Positions 19,103 through 27,375 of a stretch of DNA of 64,000 nucleotides are shown here, piece by piece (position 1 is the first letter of the stretch; every line of letters begins with the position of its first letter). Source of the DNA: Escherichia phage SmurfNell. The stretch is taken from sequence record OR896824.1. One strand, given 5' to 3'. The position numbers and the translations under genes are program-made. Below the pieces are notes generated by a model, which was given only the letters and a program-made list of their open reading frames with translations, ran no database searches and had not been told where the DNA came from.

Positions 19103-20047
19103 ATGTTTACTAAAAACACTAAAGAACTGACTTCCGATCAAAAAGTAATTCGTACTATTAAACGTTGGGGCGTTGGTGCTGTAGTTGGTCTTGGCGCTCT
19201 TATTCTGGCTCTCAATTCCTATACAGTTGTTCAGGACGGTACGGTTAAAACTCAGACTTTCCTGGGTAAAGTTAGTCCTAATCCTGTATTGCCGGGGTTC
19301 CATATTGTCAACCCATTCGCCTCTTTTGATACTTTTAGTACGAAAGATATTTCTATGAAACTGGATAAACTTCAGGTTCCTAGCCAGGATAAGTTTAAGT
19401 CCACTGTTGACATTACCGTTATGTTGCAGTTTGATGGTGCTAAAGCTCCTATGAACCGTGTTAACGCAGGTACTCAGGATCAAGCTCTGAACAAGTACGT
19501 TGAAGAGAAGATGCTATCTACGATTCGTGAGTTTGGTAAGTCTGTACCAAAAGCACAAGATCTGTTCGACGCTAAGATTCAGGCTCAACTGCAAACTGCT
19601 ATTCAGCAAGAAGTAGAAGAGTACGCGCGTCCTTATGGTTACACGGTTAAGCAAGTATTCCTTCAGGATATTACTCTGCCACCTGTAATCATGGAACAGG
19701 TACAAAACACAAAAGTTCGTGAAGAACAAGTTAACGCCGCTAAAGCTGAATTGGCTCGTGTTGAACAAGAAGCACAGCAGAAAGTTAAGCAAGCTGAAGC
19801 TGATCGTTCTGCTCGTGAAAACATGGCAGTAGCTAACGAACGTGACGCAGATGCTAAACTGTACGCAGCTAAGAAAGAAGCTGAAGCTAACGCCGCGCTG
19901 CAACGTACCATTACTCCTGAAATGATTCGTTGGAAGCAGCTGGAAGTTGAAATGCTTCGTGCTGAAAAATACCAAGGTGGTGTACCGCAGACTATTGTTG
20001 GTACTGGCTACGATGGTCAAATGATCATGGATATGCGTAACAAGTAA
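19103..20047 (+). CDS. SPFH/band-7 (prohibitin/HflK-like) membrane protein
   Basis: N-terminal TM helix WGVGAVVGLGALILAL, central SPFH-like region, C-terminal Ala/Glu/Lys-rich coiled coil. Confidence 0.55.
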   Translation: MFTKNTKELTSDQKVIRTIKRWGVGAVVGLGALILALNSYTVVQDGTVKTQTFLGKVSPNPVLPGFHIVNPFASFDTFSTKDISMKLDKLQVPSQDKFKSTVDITVMLQFDGAKAPMNRVNAGTQDQALNKYVEEKMLSTIREFGKSVPKAQDLFDAKIQAQLQTAIQQEVEEYARPYGYTVKQVFLQDITLPPVIMEQVQNTKVREEQVNAAKAELARVEQEAQQKVKQAEADRSARENMAVANERDADAKLYAAKKEAEANAALQRTITPEMIRWKQLEVEMLRAEKYQGGVPQTIVGTGYDGQMIMDMRNK

Positions 20048-20069
20048 TAGTTACACGTAATCTTCGAAC

Positions 20070-20106
20070 CAAGCCCGCGTTTCCTCCGAGAGCGCGGGCT
20101 TTTCTG
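20070..20106 (+). terminator. rho-independent terminator
   Basis: AAGCCCGCG...CGCGGGCTT hairpin followed by TTTCTG. Confidence 0.55.
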
Positions 20107-20259
20107 TATTTAAGGCAAAAGAAAAGCCCATAAGTTATTCAACTAAGGTCTTTAGTATTTAATTCTTTAATTCTTTAGAATCATATACTATTATTGTAGC
20201 AACAACGTGCTACCACTAAATGCCTTGAGATTTTTCCACTAAAAAGTTTAAAAATTCGA

Positions 20260-20288
20260 TTGCTTGAACGCTAAATTCTCTGTATAAT
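20260..20288 (+). promoter_or_regulatory. early promoter (TTGCTT-17-TATAAT)
   Basis: consensus hexamers plus ATAAATTTGAGAGAGG box. Confidence 0.6.
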
Positions 20289-20318
20289 ATATTTATAAAT
20301 TTGAGAGAGGAATCAAAT

Positions 20319-21374
20319 ATGATTAAGACTGGTCTAGTAATTGGTAAGTTCGCGCCATTAACGCGTGGTCATATTAACCTAATAAACACAGCAGCAACTA
20401 TGTGTGAACGAGTTATTGTTGTAGTTAGTCATGATAATCGTTGGCTGGATAAGCAGAACACACGTGATCAGGAAGTATTACAGTTAAAGAATCGACTTCG
20501 TTGGTTAGAACAAACTTACGCGGATATTGAGCACATTTCGGTAGAGTACATTATTGAAGATGATATTCCTGAATATCCGAATGGTTGGCCGGAATATGCT
20601 AGAATCCTTAATGAAAATTACGGACATTTGCCTGAGATCACCGTTTTCTCTAGCGAACTAGACTATGATGCAGAATATAAGAAATATCTGCCGAAGTTTG
20701 GTCATTATATTGTAGATTCTGATCGGACTCGTGTTCCAATCTCAGCTACAATGATTCGTAATGATCTTATGAAGTATTGGGAGTTTCTTCCTAGCGTAGT
20801 TCGTAAAGATTACGTGCGTAAGGTTGTAATCATTGGGACTGAAAGCTCGGGAAAGACTACTTTAACAAAATACCTTGCGAAGCTATACAACACTTCGTGG
20901 GTAGAAGAATATGGCCGAACGTATTGTGAAGTTGATCTAGTTGGTAACGAAAATCTACTTATCAGTGAAGATTACAGTAAAATTGCGTTCAGACACAAAG
21001 AGCTAGAGTTTGAGGCAGAACGTACTGCAAATAAGATCATGTTTGTAGACACAAATGCTTTTATTACTGAGTTCTACCACAGACTTTATGAACATCGTAA
21101 GAATCCTGTGGTTACAGCAATTGCAAAAGAAGAACATTACGATTTAGTAATTGTTCTAGCGCCTACTGTTAAGTGGGTAGATGATGGTTTACGTATTAAC
21201 TCCGATCGTTCAATTACTTCTGAACTGTTCGAGCAGATGAAGAAAGAATTTCCAAATCAGTTCCCTGAAGGGCGTACTGTTTACATCGACTCCCCGGACT
21301 ACAAAGTTCGTATGGACGAAGCAGTAAACGCAGTAGACTGGCTGATTCATCACTTTAACGTTGGAGAGTTTTAA
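20319..21374 (+). CDS. nadR: NadR-like bifunctional NMN adenylyltransferase / ribosylnicotinamide kinase
   Basis: N-terminal GKFAPLTRGHINLI (nucleotidyltransferase HxGH-type motif) and central Walker A IIGTESSGKTT; ATG at 20319. Confidence 0.65.
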   Translation: MIKTGLVIGKFAPLTRGHINLINTAATMCERVIVVVSHDNRWLDKQNTRDQEVLQLKNRLRWLEQTYADIEHISVEYIIEDDIPEYPNGWPEYARILNENYGHLPEITVFSSELDYDAEYKKYLPKFGHYIVDSDRTRVPISATMIRNDLMKYWEFLPSVVRKDYVRKVVIIGTESSGKTTLTKYLAKLYNTSWVEEYGRTYCEVDLVGNENLLISEDYSKIAFRHKELEFEAERTANKIMFVDTNAFITEFYHRLYEHRKNPVVTAIAKEEHYDLVIVLAPTVKWVDDGLRINSDRSITSELFEQMKKEFPNQFPEGRTVYIDSPDYKVRMDEAVNAVDWLIHHFNVGEF

Positions 21375-21375
21375 T

Positions 21376-22053
21376 ATGACTAACTATCTTGTAAATGACT
21401 TTAAAAACTGGAAACCTTTGGAATATCTGTGGCTGTTTATAGCAGTCGCCTTTATTAGTTTAGCAAACTATAATGGTACAGCTCTAGATTGGGCTACTGC
21501 AATAACCAATGTGGTTTGTGTTATTCTGGTTGCAAAAGGACGTGTTTCCAACTATATTTGGGGCTTAGTGGGTGTTCTTACATATGGTATTACAGCTTTA
21601 AACGCAGATCTTTATGGTAACGCTGCACTAAACCTGCTATACTACGTTCCTATGCAGTTTTATGGAATGTACTTATGGCATAAAAATAAGCCAAGTAATC
21701 TGCCAGATGTTCCAACTAAGTTTCTGACTAAAGCCCAAGCTCTGCTGACTCTAGGGATTCTAGCAGTAGCCACGTTAGGGTATGGTAGTTTCTTAGCTAC
21801 TACAGCTGATCCATTCCCAATGCTCGATGCATTTACTGCGGTTGGTAGTGTGATCGCTATGTGGCTTATGGTTAAGCAGTATGCCGAGCAGTGGCTGATC
21901 TGGATTGCTATTAACATTGGTACTGTGTACATTTGGCTTGTAACTGCTCAATCTACAGGTGCATCTTATGCAATCCTAGCAATGTGGCTAGTATTCTTAG
22001 GTAACTCTATTATGGGAGCCTATAAAGGATACTTTGTACGCGTTAACAAATAA
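21376..22053 (+). CDS. pnuC: nicotinamide riboside transporter PnuC-like
   Basis: About 225 aa polytopic membrane protein rich in Trp/Tyr, translationally coupled to the NadR-like gene. Confidence 0.55.
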   Translation: MTNYLVNDFKNWKPLEYLWLFIAVAFISLANYNGTALDWATAITNVVCVILVAKGRVSNYIWGLVGVLTYGITALNADLYGNAALNLLYYVPMQFYGMYLWHKNKPSNLPDVPTKFLTKAQALLTLGILAVATLGYGSFLATTADPFPMLDAFTAVGSVIAMWLMVKQYAEQWLIWIAINIGTVYIWLVTAQSTGASYAILAMWLVFLGNSIMGAYKGYFVRVNK

Positions 22054-22100
22054 AGTAGTTATAGCCCTCGCTTAGAGGGCTATTATACAGAAATTTTCAC

Positions 22101-22129
22101 TTGCTTAATATAGAAAATTTCTGTATAAT
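22101..22129 (+). promoter_or_regulatory. early promoter (TTGCTT-17-TATAAT)
   Basis: consensus hexamers plus ATAAATTCGAGAGAGG box. Confidence 0.6.
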
Positions 22130-22159
22130 ATATTTATAAATTCGAGAGAGGAATCAAAC

Positions 22160-22456
22160 ATGAAACGCATTGTACTTGCATTGACTCTAGTATCTACTTC
22201 TGTATTTGCTGCTCCGCAACAGGAACTTTGTCAAGTTCAGGTTTGTAATAAGCTAGAACGATTTACTCTAAACATTTGGTCCCATATTAAAGATAATATG
22301 GGTGAACAGTGTTTTGATATTGTTCTGCCAAAAGAACAGGCTATTCCTGGTGCTGTTCTTAGCTCAGAATCACGTTGGTGGCAGGGTTCTTCTATCAATC
22401 CAACTAAGAAGTCAGTGACACGTATCAAACAAGTATATCAGTGCAAGGTTCAGTAA
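22160..22456 (+). CDS. secreted/periplasmic hypothetical protein
   Basis: Signal peptide MKRIVLALTLVSTSVFA; several Cys. Confidence 0.5.
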   Translation: MKRIVLALTLVSTSVFAAPQQELCQVQVCNKLERFTLNIWSHIKDNMGEQCFDIVLPKEQAIPGAVLSSESRWWQGSSINPTKKSVTRIKQVYQCKVQ

Positions 22457-22464
22457 AATTTCAC

Positions 22465-22493
22465 TTGCTTAATGTCGAAATTTTCTGTATAAT
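22465..22493 (+). promoter_or_regulatory. early promoter driving a tRNA operon
   Basis: TTGCTT-17-TATAAT, 15 nt upstream of tRNA-Ser. Confidence 0.6.
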
Positions 22494-22507
22494 ATATTCA
22501 TAAATTC

Positions 22508-22601
22508 GGAAGATTAACCCTAATGGTAAGGGAGCTGTTTGCTAAACAGCCAGTAGCTGTGGAGACACGGTGTGCCAGTTCGAATCTGGCATCTTCCTCC
22601 A
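22508..22601 (+). tRNA. tRNA-Ser (anticodon GCU), class II
   Basis: Acceptor GGAAGAT/ATCTTCC, anticodon loop TTGCTAA, long variable arm, T-loop TTCGAAT, CCA. Confidence 0.7.
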
Positions 22602-22606
22602 GATTT

Positions 22607-22684
22607 GGTTCTCAAGCTCATTTGGTATGAGCCGTCGCCTCATAAGCGAAAGGTAGGTAGGTTCGAATCCTCCGGGAGCCACCA
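22607..22684 (+). tRNA. tRNA with CAU anticodon (Met, fMet or Ile2)
   Basis: Acceptor GGTTCTC/GGGAGCC, anticodon loop CTCATAA, T-loop TTCGAAT, CCA. Confidence 0.7.
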
Positions 22685-22701
22685 ATTAATTAGGAGACTA
22701 T

Positions 22702-22887
22702 ATGTCACGCTTTCGAGAAATTGCTCAAGAGCTAGAAGAATGTGCCTGCCCAAAATGCTTCGGAGCAGGTGAATGGAACGATGCTGAACCTGGTGATACA
22801 TGGTATAATACATACGTTTGTACACATTGTAATAGTTCTGGTATTAATCCTGAATGCGGTATTTCTCTAGATATTGAGCGAGGCTAA
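22702..22887 (+). CDS. zinc-ribbon small protein
   Basis: CACPKC...CTHCNSSG double Cys pairs. Confidence 0.45.
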   Translation: MSRFREIAQELEECACPKCFGAGEWNDAEPGDTWYNTYVCTHCNSSGINPECGISLDIERG

Positions 22888-23221
22888 GATGGATATCTAC
22901 ACTACACCAGCAGTAAACCTGATTGGCTCTTGCCTTGTGCATTTCCGCTTCTTCCAAACGGATGATAGCAAAGAGGAGTATACCTATCCTCTGATGGATT
23001 TTCAGATTGAGGACTTCTTCCGTGAAGTGCGTAATATCTCTGAGAACTTCTATTATGGCATGGATAAGGAAGACTTTGACATTAAGTTCCCTATAATCTC
23101 TCGTTATTTCCTAGAGCAGTCCGATGCTCGGTTTGAGAAGATTGAACACATGGAAGTAGCCTGGGCTATCCAGTTCGAAATTACTGGCTTTGCTCGATAC
23201 ATTCAAGGTTACGAACTATGA
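22874..23221 (+). CDS. hypothetical protein
   Basis: 115 aa ORF. Confidence 0.45.
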   Translation: MSEAKMDIYTTPAVNLIGSCLVHFRFFQTDDSKEEYTYPLMDFQIEDFFREVRNISENFYYGMDKEDFDIKFPIISRYFLEQSDARFEKIEHMEVAWAIQFEITGFARYIQGYEL

Positions 23222-23313
23222 AATTAAAAGATTATTATATTGGTTGGTTTGTAGGACTAATAGTAGGATTTTCACTGGGCTACAACTTGTATCAACTGAT
23301 AAACTGATTACAT

Positions 23314-23390
23314 GGGGGTGTAATCGAATTGGCATAGGTACTGGACTTAAAATTCAGGTTTTGTGGGTTCGAATCCCACCACCCCTACCA
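23314..23390 (+). tRNA. tRNA with UAA anticodon (Leu-type), class I architecture
   Basis: Acceptor GGGGGTG/CACCCCT (G1-U72), anticodon loop CTTAAAA, 5 nt variable loop, T-loop TTCGAAT, A73, CCA. Confidence 0.55.
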
Positions 23391-23542
23391 AATTAAGGAA
23401 ATAAAAATGAAAGCTATTAAGAAAGCACTACGTAAATTTATGTACTGTCGTTTTCATAGCATCAAGTCTTCGACTAATGGTACGACTTATGATCGCTATG
23501 ATCCTAAGTTTGGCTTACATTCTAAATAACTGGAGAAAACAA

Positions 23543-23749
23543 ATGGCTAATCCTGAAATTACAGCACAACGCTTTATGCTGAAAGGAATTATTGCTGAAG
23601 CAGGCATGACAGAAGAAGTTGCAGATTTTCAAAAGCAATTCCTCAATATTCTCACTCAAGCCAAAGAGCTAGGAGAGAAAGAACATGACGCAGCTGTTAT
23701 GGCAATCACGTTGGTTGGGCTTGATCTGGCAGAAGAATCAGGAGTTTAA
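23543..23749 (+). CDS. hypothetical protein
   Basis: ATG at 23543 with GGAGAAAA RBS, inside track ORF 23477..23749. Confidence 0.45.
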   Translation: MANPEITAQRFMLKGIIAEAGMTEEVADFQKQFLNILTQAKELGEKEHDAAVMAITLVGLDLAEESGV

Positions 23750-23779
23750 CTCCTCCAAGCAGAAATTTTAAAAATGTAC

Positions 23780-23809
23780 TTGCTTTTTACTTAAGATTTC
23801 TGCTATAAT
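23780..23809 (+). promoter_or_regulatory. early promoter (TTGCTT-18-TATAAT)
   Basis: consensus hexamers plus ATAAATTGATGAAGGAG box. Confidence 0.55.
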
Positions 23810-23839
23810 AGTTATATAAATTGATGAAGGAGTTAACGA

Positions 23840-24115
23840 ATGTCAAAACGTGTTACTGCAACTGGTGTTGAAAGTGCTGTTTGTAAATCCTGGGGTGGCT
23901 GGGAAGGTGAGATTGAATGGCTTTATTTCTACGACGTAGAACTTCTGCCGGAAGTCAAAGCTAAATGTGTGGAAGCCGGTATGGCTCCTGATGCAAAGGC
24001 TGATATCGAAATCACCATGCCTAAGCTAGAAGGTCGTGTAATTACGCTCAATGATGATTATGAAGAAGTGTTCGAGCTTCCCTTCAAACTGAGTGTCACT
24101 CCTAGCTTCGAGTAA
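23840..24115 (+). CDS. hypothetical protein
   Basis: 91 aa ORF. Confidence 0.5.
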   Translation: MSKRVTATGVESAVCKSWGGWEGEIEWLYFYDVELLPEVKAKCVEAGMAPDAKADIEITMPKLEGRVITLNDDYEEVFELPFKLSVTPSFE

Positions 24116-24151
24116 CTGATATAGCACTGAGCAAGTTCTTTAAAATTTGAC

Positions 24152-24180
24152 TTGCTCAGTCCTTCAAATCTTGATATAAT
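24152..24180 (+). promoter_or_regulatory. early promoter driving a tRNA operon
   Basis: TTGCTC-17-TATAAT upstream of tRNA-Tyr. Confidence 0.55.
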
Positions 24181-24243
24181 AGTTATCTAATTTGGAAACA
24201 TATTTAAAAGTGTTTAAACTAGTATTTGAATATTTCTAAATAT

Positions 24244-24334
24244 GTTGGATTAGTATCGTAGAGGTAGCGAAGCAGACTGTAAATCTGCCGACTCGGAAGG
24301 GTCTCGGGTGGTTCGACTCCATCATCCAACACCA
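24244..24334 (+). tRNA. tRNA-Tyr (anticodon GUA), class II
   Basis: Acceptor GTTGGAT/ATCCAAC, anticodon loop CTGTAAA, long variable arm, T-loop TTCGACT, CCA. Confidence 0.7.
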
Positions 24335-24341
24335 AATTTAA

Positions 24342-24418
24342 GTCCTGTTAGACAAACTGGTAAAGTCACTACCCTTTCAAGGTAGGATTTGCGGGTTCGA
24401 TCCCCGCACAGGACGCCA
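24342..24418 (+). tRNA. tRNA-Glu (anticodon UUC)
   Basis: Acceptor GTCCTGT/ACAGGAC, anticodon loop CTTTCAA, T-loop TTCGATC, CCA. Confidence 0.75.
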
Positions 24419-24425
24419 ATTTCTG

Positions 24426-24503
24426 CATTCCTAGAGTGTTACTGGACAGCATGTCGGTCTCCAAAACCGTACGGTCTAGGTTCGAGTCCTAGTAGGTTTG
24501 CCA
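24426..24503 (+). tRNA. tRNA-like element, possible tRNA-Trp (anticodon CCA); acceptor stem unresolved
   Basis: T-arm CTAGG-TTCGAGT-CCTAG and encoded CCA at 24501-24503; candidate anticodon loop CTCCAAA; no canonical 5' acceptor strand found by eye. Confidence 0.3.
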
Positions 24504-24509
24504 ATATTT

Positions 24510-24584
24510 GCGACTTTAGCTGAGATGGATTAGCGTCTCCCTGAAAAGGAGAAGAGGTACGATCGTTACGTACAGGTTGCACCA
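24510..24584 (+). tRNA. tRNA-Phe (anticodon GAA) with atypical T-loop
   Basis: Acceptor GCGACTT/AGGTTGC, anticodon loop CTGAAAA, T-arm GTACG-ATCGTTA-CGTAC, CCA. Confidence 0.6.
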
Positions 24585-24595
24585 ATTTGAAGGAG

Positions 24596-24874
24596 ATGCT
24601 GATGCATCCTGAAAACTTCTTTATTTACTGTGCGGATAAGTCATTAAAACGCAGAATTAACAAAGTCTACCATTATCGTGCTAGTCAACAGCCTTATGTT
24701 TATGCTTTTGATGGAGAAACCATTCCACTAAAGCAGTTGGCATGTGATTACATGGTCTTGAAGAACTTTGATGAGACAAAGATCTCAAGCGTTCATAATC
24801 GACAGAATCCATTAACGTGGAAGTATAAGAAGAAAAAGAAAGGCATCAAATTTCTGAAAAATGTAGTTGCTTAA
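24596..24874 (+). CDS. hypothetical protein
   Basis: ATG at 24596 after GAAGGAG RBS, 12 nt after the tRNA-Phe CCA. Confidence 0.5.
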   Translation: MLMHPENFFIYCADKSLKRRINKVYHYRASQQPYVYAFDGETIPLKQLACDYMVLKNFDETKISSVHNRQNPLTWKYKKKKKGIKFLKNVVA

Positions 24875-24895
24875 ATCCTTAAAGTTCTGTATAAT
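24867..24895 (+). promoter_or_regulatory. early promoter (TTGCTT-17-TATAAT)
   Basis: consensus hexamers plus ATAAATTGAACTGGAGAAG box. Confidence 0.55.
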
Positions 24896-24924
24896 TATTA
24901 CATAAATTGAACTGGAGAAGCAAC

Positions 24925-25149
24925 ATGACAGAACAAGAATTAAAAGAACGTAAGCTGGTAATGCTTCGCTTACTAAACATTTTCTCTGGTATGGATGGTG
25001 GTATTGACTTCGTTCAACTACGCACTTTTGTAGAAGAAGCTGAAGGCGAATCTATTACTAAAATCCTTAAACATATGGGTTTATTACTAGACGCTGCTAA
25101 TGTAGCTACTGAATATAAATTAGAAGATCTACCGGAGCGTGTTTCATGA
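24925..25149 (+). CDS. hypothetical protein
   Basis: ATG at 24925 (track start 24907 is TTG). Confidence 0.45.
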   Translation: MTEQELKERKLVMLRLLNIFSGMDGGIDFVQLRTFVEEAEGESITKILKHMGLLLDAANVATEYKLEDLPERVS

Positions 25150-25337
25150 AAATGTTAGTTAAATTTAAGTGTTGTGGTTCTGAACATATTTTCACTCGTT
25201 ATAGAGAGTTTAAGATGTGTGAGTGTGGTAAGTCAGGCTATGATGCTGGAGATGGCTATTATGCTAGATCTATAGGACATTCTAAAGATCTAGAGTTTAC
25301 TAATCTCGAAAAGCAAGATAAATCGACCGTTGGCTGA
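25146..25337 (+). CDS. zinc-ribbon small protein
   Basis: CCGSEH...CECGKSGYD Cys pairs; 3' end overlaps the tRNA-Cys 5' end. Confidence 0.4.
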   Translation: MKMLVKFKCCGSEHIFTRYREFKMCECGKSGYDAGDGYYARSIGHSKDLEFTNLEKQDKSTVG

Positions 25338-25399
25338 ATGGCTTAGGCGGAGGCCTGCAAAACCTCCTTATGTGAGTTCGAATCTCATGCGGTCGTCCA
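25324..25399 (+). tRNA. tRNA-Cys (anticodon GCA)
   Basis: Acceptor CGACCGT/GCGGTCG, anticodon loop CTGCAAA, U73, T-loop TTCGAAT, CCA. Confidence 0.6.
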
Positions 25400-25406
25400 A
25401 ATTTTA

Positions 25407-25489
25407 GGGTCGTTAGCCAAGCGGTTTGGCGGTGGACTGTTAATCCATGTCGAAAGACAACGTAGGTTCGAATCCTACACGGCCCGCCA
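25407..25489 (+). tRNA. class II-type tRNA carrying a GUU (Asn-type) anticodon
   Basis: Acceptor GGGTCGT/ACGGCCC, anticodon arm GTGGA-CTGTTAA-TCCAT, 13 nt variable arm, G73, T-loop TTCGAAT, CCA. Confidence 0.55.
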
Positions 25490-25591
25490 TATTCTGTGTA
25501 GAGTTAAGTAAACCGGTAGCCAACCAGCTATCATTACTGATATTGAATTCAGTCACAGATACCATTTTCATTAATAACTGAGGAAATAGAT

Positions 25592-25777
25592 ATGACAACT
25601 CGTGCAATTGCTCGACTAGAAGCTGATCGTGATAGTCTGATTAATAATATTAAGGTTTGGGATCAAGAAATTGAAAACCAAAAACTGACATTAATTCAAG
25701 ATATGCAGCAACAGAATGCCCGTCGTGAAGCTCTAAAAGAGGTTGAGGAAGCTATCGAAAAACTCAAAACTGAGTAA
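25592..25777 (+). CDS. hypothetical coiled-coil protein
   Basis: 61 aa ORF with GAGGAAA RBS. Confidence 0.45.
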   Translation: MTTRAIARLEADRDSLINNIKVWDQEIENQKLTLIQDMQQQNARREALKEVEEAIEKLKTE

Positions 25778-25786
25778 ATAAATTAT

Positions 25787-25863
25787 GCGATCGGGGCTGG
25801 CTTGGTAATGGTACTCCCCTGTCACGGGAGAAAATGTGGGTTCGAATCCCATCGGTCGCGCCA
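25787..25863 (+). tRNA. tRNA-Asp (anticodon GUC)
   Basis: Acceptor GCGATCG/CGGTCGC, anticodon loop CTGTCAC, T-loop TTCGAAT, CCA. Confidence 0.75.
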
Positions 25864-25939
25864 ATTTTTGCAGGACGCTGGTATAGATAACCACCGCGTG
25901 GGAAGTGTCTATATTTAGAGCACTGCAAAACATAATAAT

Positions 25940-26015
25940 ACATCCATAGCTCAATGGTTAGAGCTACCGCCTCTTAAGCGGAGGGTTCTAGGTTCAAGTC
26001 CTAGTGGGTGTACCA
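25940..26015 (+). tRNA. tRNA-Lys (anticodon CUU)
   Basis: Acceptor ACATCCA/TGGGTGT, D-arm GCTC..GAGC, anticodon loop CTCTTAA, T-loop TTCAAGT, CCA. Confidence 0.6.
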
Positions 26016-26228
26016 AACATCAGAGTAGCGTGATGTACTGCAAAGACCCAAAGTCCGGGGTGGACTTCTTGATTCAAAGGAGCAGGCATTAATTATCATT
26101 CTAGCGTGGTGGAGAGGGGACACCAGCTTGCCGAGGGTAGAAGCTCGTTCGATTCGAGTGAAAGAATGGTTCTCGTAAATCCGCACAAGTGATAGCAGGT
26201 TCAAGTCCTGCCTAGATTGACTTATTAT

Positions 26229-26302
26229 GCGTTCGTAGTTAAAAGGTATAATTTTTGGTTGCCAACCAGAAGTTGAGGGTTCGATTCCCTCCGACCGCAC
26301 CA
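26229..26302 (+). tRNA. tRNA-Gly (anticodon GCC)
   Basis: Acceptor GCGTTCG/CGACCGC (one mismatch), anticodon loop TTGCCAA, T-loop TTCGATT, CCA. Confidence 0.65.
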
Positions 26303-26550
26303 AATTTAGGTTTCTGCTTCCTAGAGAACTGACGCCTAGATAAACAAGGCGATGAGTTTCCGGCCGGTTCTAGTCGCTGAAAATCCTCCCGACCAGGTAG
26401 GTGTAAGTAAACGAAAGTTTACTTATTAAGTAAGTCCGACACATCGGCGGGTGTGTTCTAGTACTTAAAGAAGGTCTCGCAAACTTTCTCGCTAGCATGA
26501 GTTGATAGCTCGGTGACTTACCTAATAAGTAAATTTATTAAAAAATGTAG

Positions 26551-26579
26551 TTGCTATTTAGCTTAATTCTCTGTATAAT
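26551..26579 (+). promoter_or_regulatory. early promoter driving a tRNA operon
   Basis: TTGCTA-17-TATAAT upstream of tRNA-Pro. Confidence 0.55.
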
Positions 26580-26611
26580 ATATTTTATAAAGTGAGTTAA
26601 CAAAGAATATT

Positions 26612-26689
26612 CTCCGTGTAGCTCAGTTTGGCCAGAGCGTTTCGTTTGGGGCGATAGGGTCGGGGGTTCAAATCCTCCCACGGAGACCA
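26612..26689 (+). tRNA. tRNA-Pro (anticodon UGG)
   Basis: Acceptor CTCCGTG/CACGGAG, D-arm GCTC..GAGC, anticodon loop TTTGGGG, T-loop TTCAAAT, CCA. Confidence 0.75.
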
Positions 26690-26695
26690 AACAAT

Positions 26696-26773
26696 TGCGG
26701 GTTAGATCTCTGGTAGAGATCGCTAGTCTCATAAGCTAGAAAGAGGTAGGTTCGATTCCTGCACCCGCTTCCA
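26696..26773 (+). tRNA. tRNA with CAU anticodon (second copy; initiator-like 1-72 mismatch)
   Basis: Acceptor TGCGGGT/ACCCGCT with U1xU72 mismatch, anticodon loop CTCATAA, T-loop TTCGATT, CCA. Confidence 0.65.
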
Positions 26774-26794
26774 ATTTAATAGAAGGATTTCTAA

Positions 26795-26959
26795 ATGAAA
26801 TTGTTTCGTTTAAAAGTAAGTGATATACGTTCTAGTAAAGATCGTAAGAAGTATCCACTAGCTCACTACGGTAAAGATGAAAACGAAGTGATGGCGGAAT
26901 TTGGTATTAATCATCCTTACTTGAAAATATACTCTATCAAAGAAGTATACATGTATTAA
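26795..26959 (+). CDS. small hypothetical protein (54 aa)
   Basis: ORF with AAGGA RBS between two tRNAs, below the track cutoff. Confidence 0.35.
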   Translation: MKLFRLKVSDIRSSKDRKKYPLAHYGKDENEVMAEFGINHPYLKIYSIKEVYMY

Positions 26960-26961
26960 AT

Positions 26962-27040
26962 AGATCGCTAGCTCAATTGGTTTAGCAGCACCCGGCTTTT
27001 AACCGGAAGGTTCTGGGTTCGAGTCCCAGGCGGTCTACCA
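26962..27040 (+). tRNA. tRNA-Lys (anticodon UUU)
   Basis: Acceptor AGATCGC/GCGGTCT, anticodon arm CCGG-CTTTTAA-CCGG, T-loop TTCGAGT, CCA. Confidence 0.75.
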
Positions 27041-27057
27041 ATTTAAAGGAATTTGTT

Positions 27058-27375
27058 ATGAATATTAACAAAGTTCTAGAAACAATATCAGAAATGTCTG
27101 GTAGAGCTGGAAAACGCTTTACTGAACTATGTATTAAAAATCAAAAAATACCAGAACATCAATGTCATTATTGTCGAGACTGTGAACAATACCATGAAAT
27201 GTGTGTGGTTGAAGATTGGATCTGGGATCAGATAAGAAAAGAACAATCCAAAGATATTGTTCTATGTTTTACTTGTATGGAACGACGTTTAGGACGTAAA
27301 ATTACTCTTAAAGATCTTAAACATGTTCCCTGTAACGCTCCTTACTTCATTGGTTTTAGAATGGAGAGATTTTGA
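27058..27375 (+). CDS. Cys-rich zinc-binding protein
   Basis: CHYCRDCEQYHEMC and CFTC motifs. Confidence 0.5.
   Translation: MNINKVLETISEMSGRAGKRFTELCIKNQKIPEHQCHYCRDCEQYHEMCVVEDWIWDQIRKEQSKDIVLCFTCMERRLGRKITLKDLKHVPCNAPYFIGFRMERF

Noticed and set aside
19514-20020. Minus-strand ORFs 19514..20020 and 19663..19911 inside the SPFH gene
   Set aside because: Antisense to a gene with clear domain architecture; Cys/Ser-rich translations typical of antisense frames.
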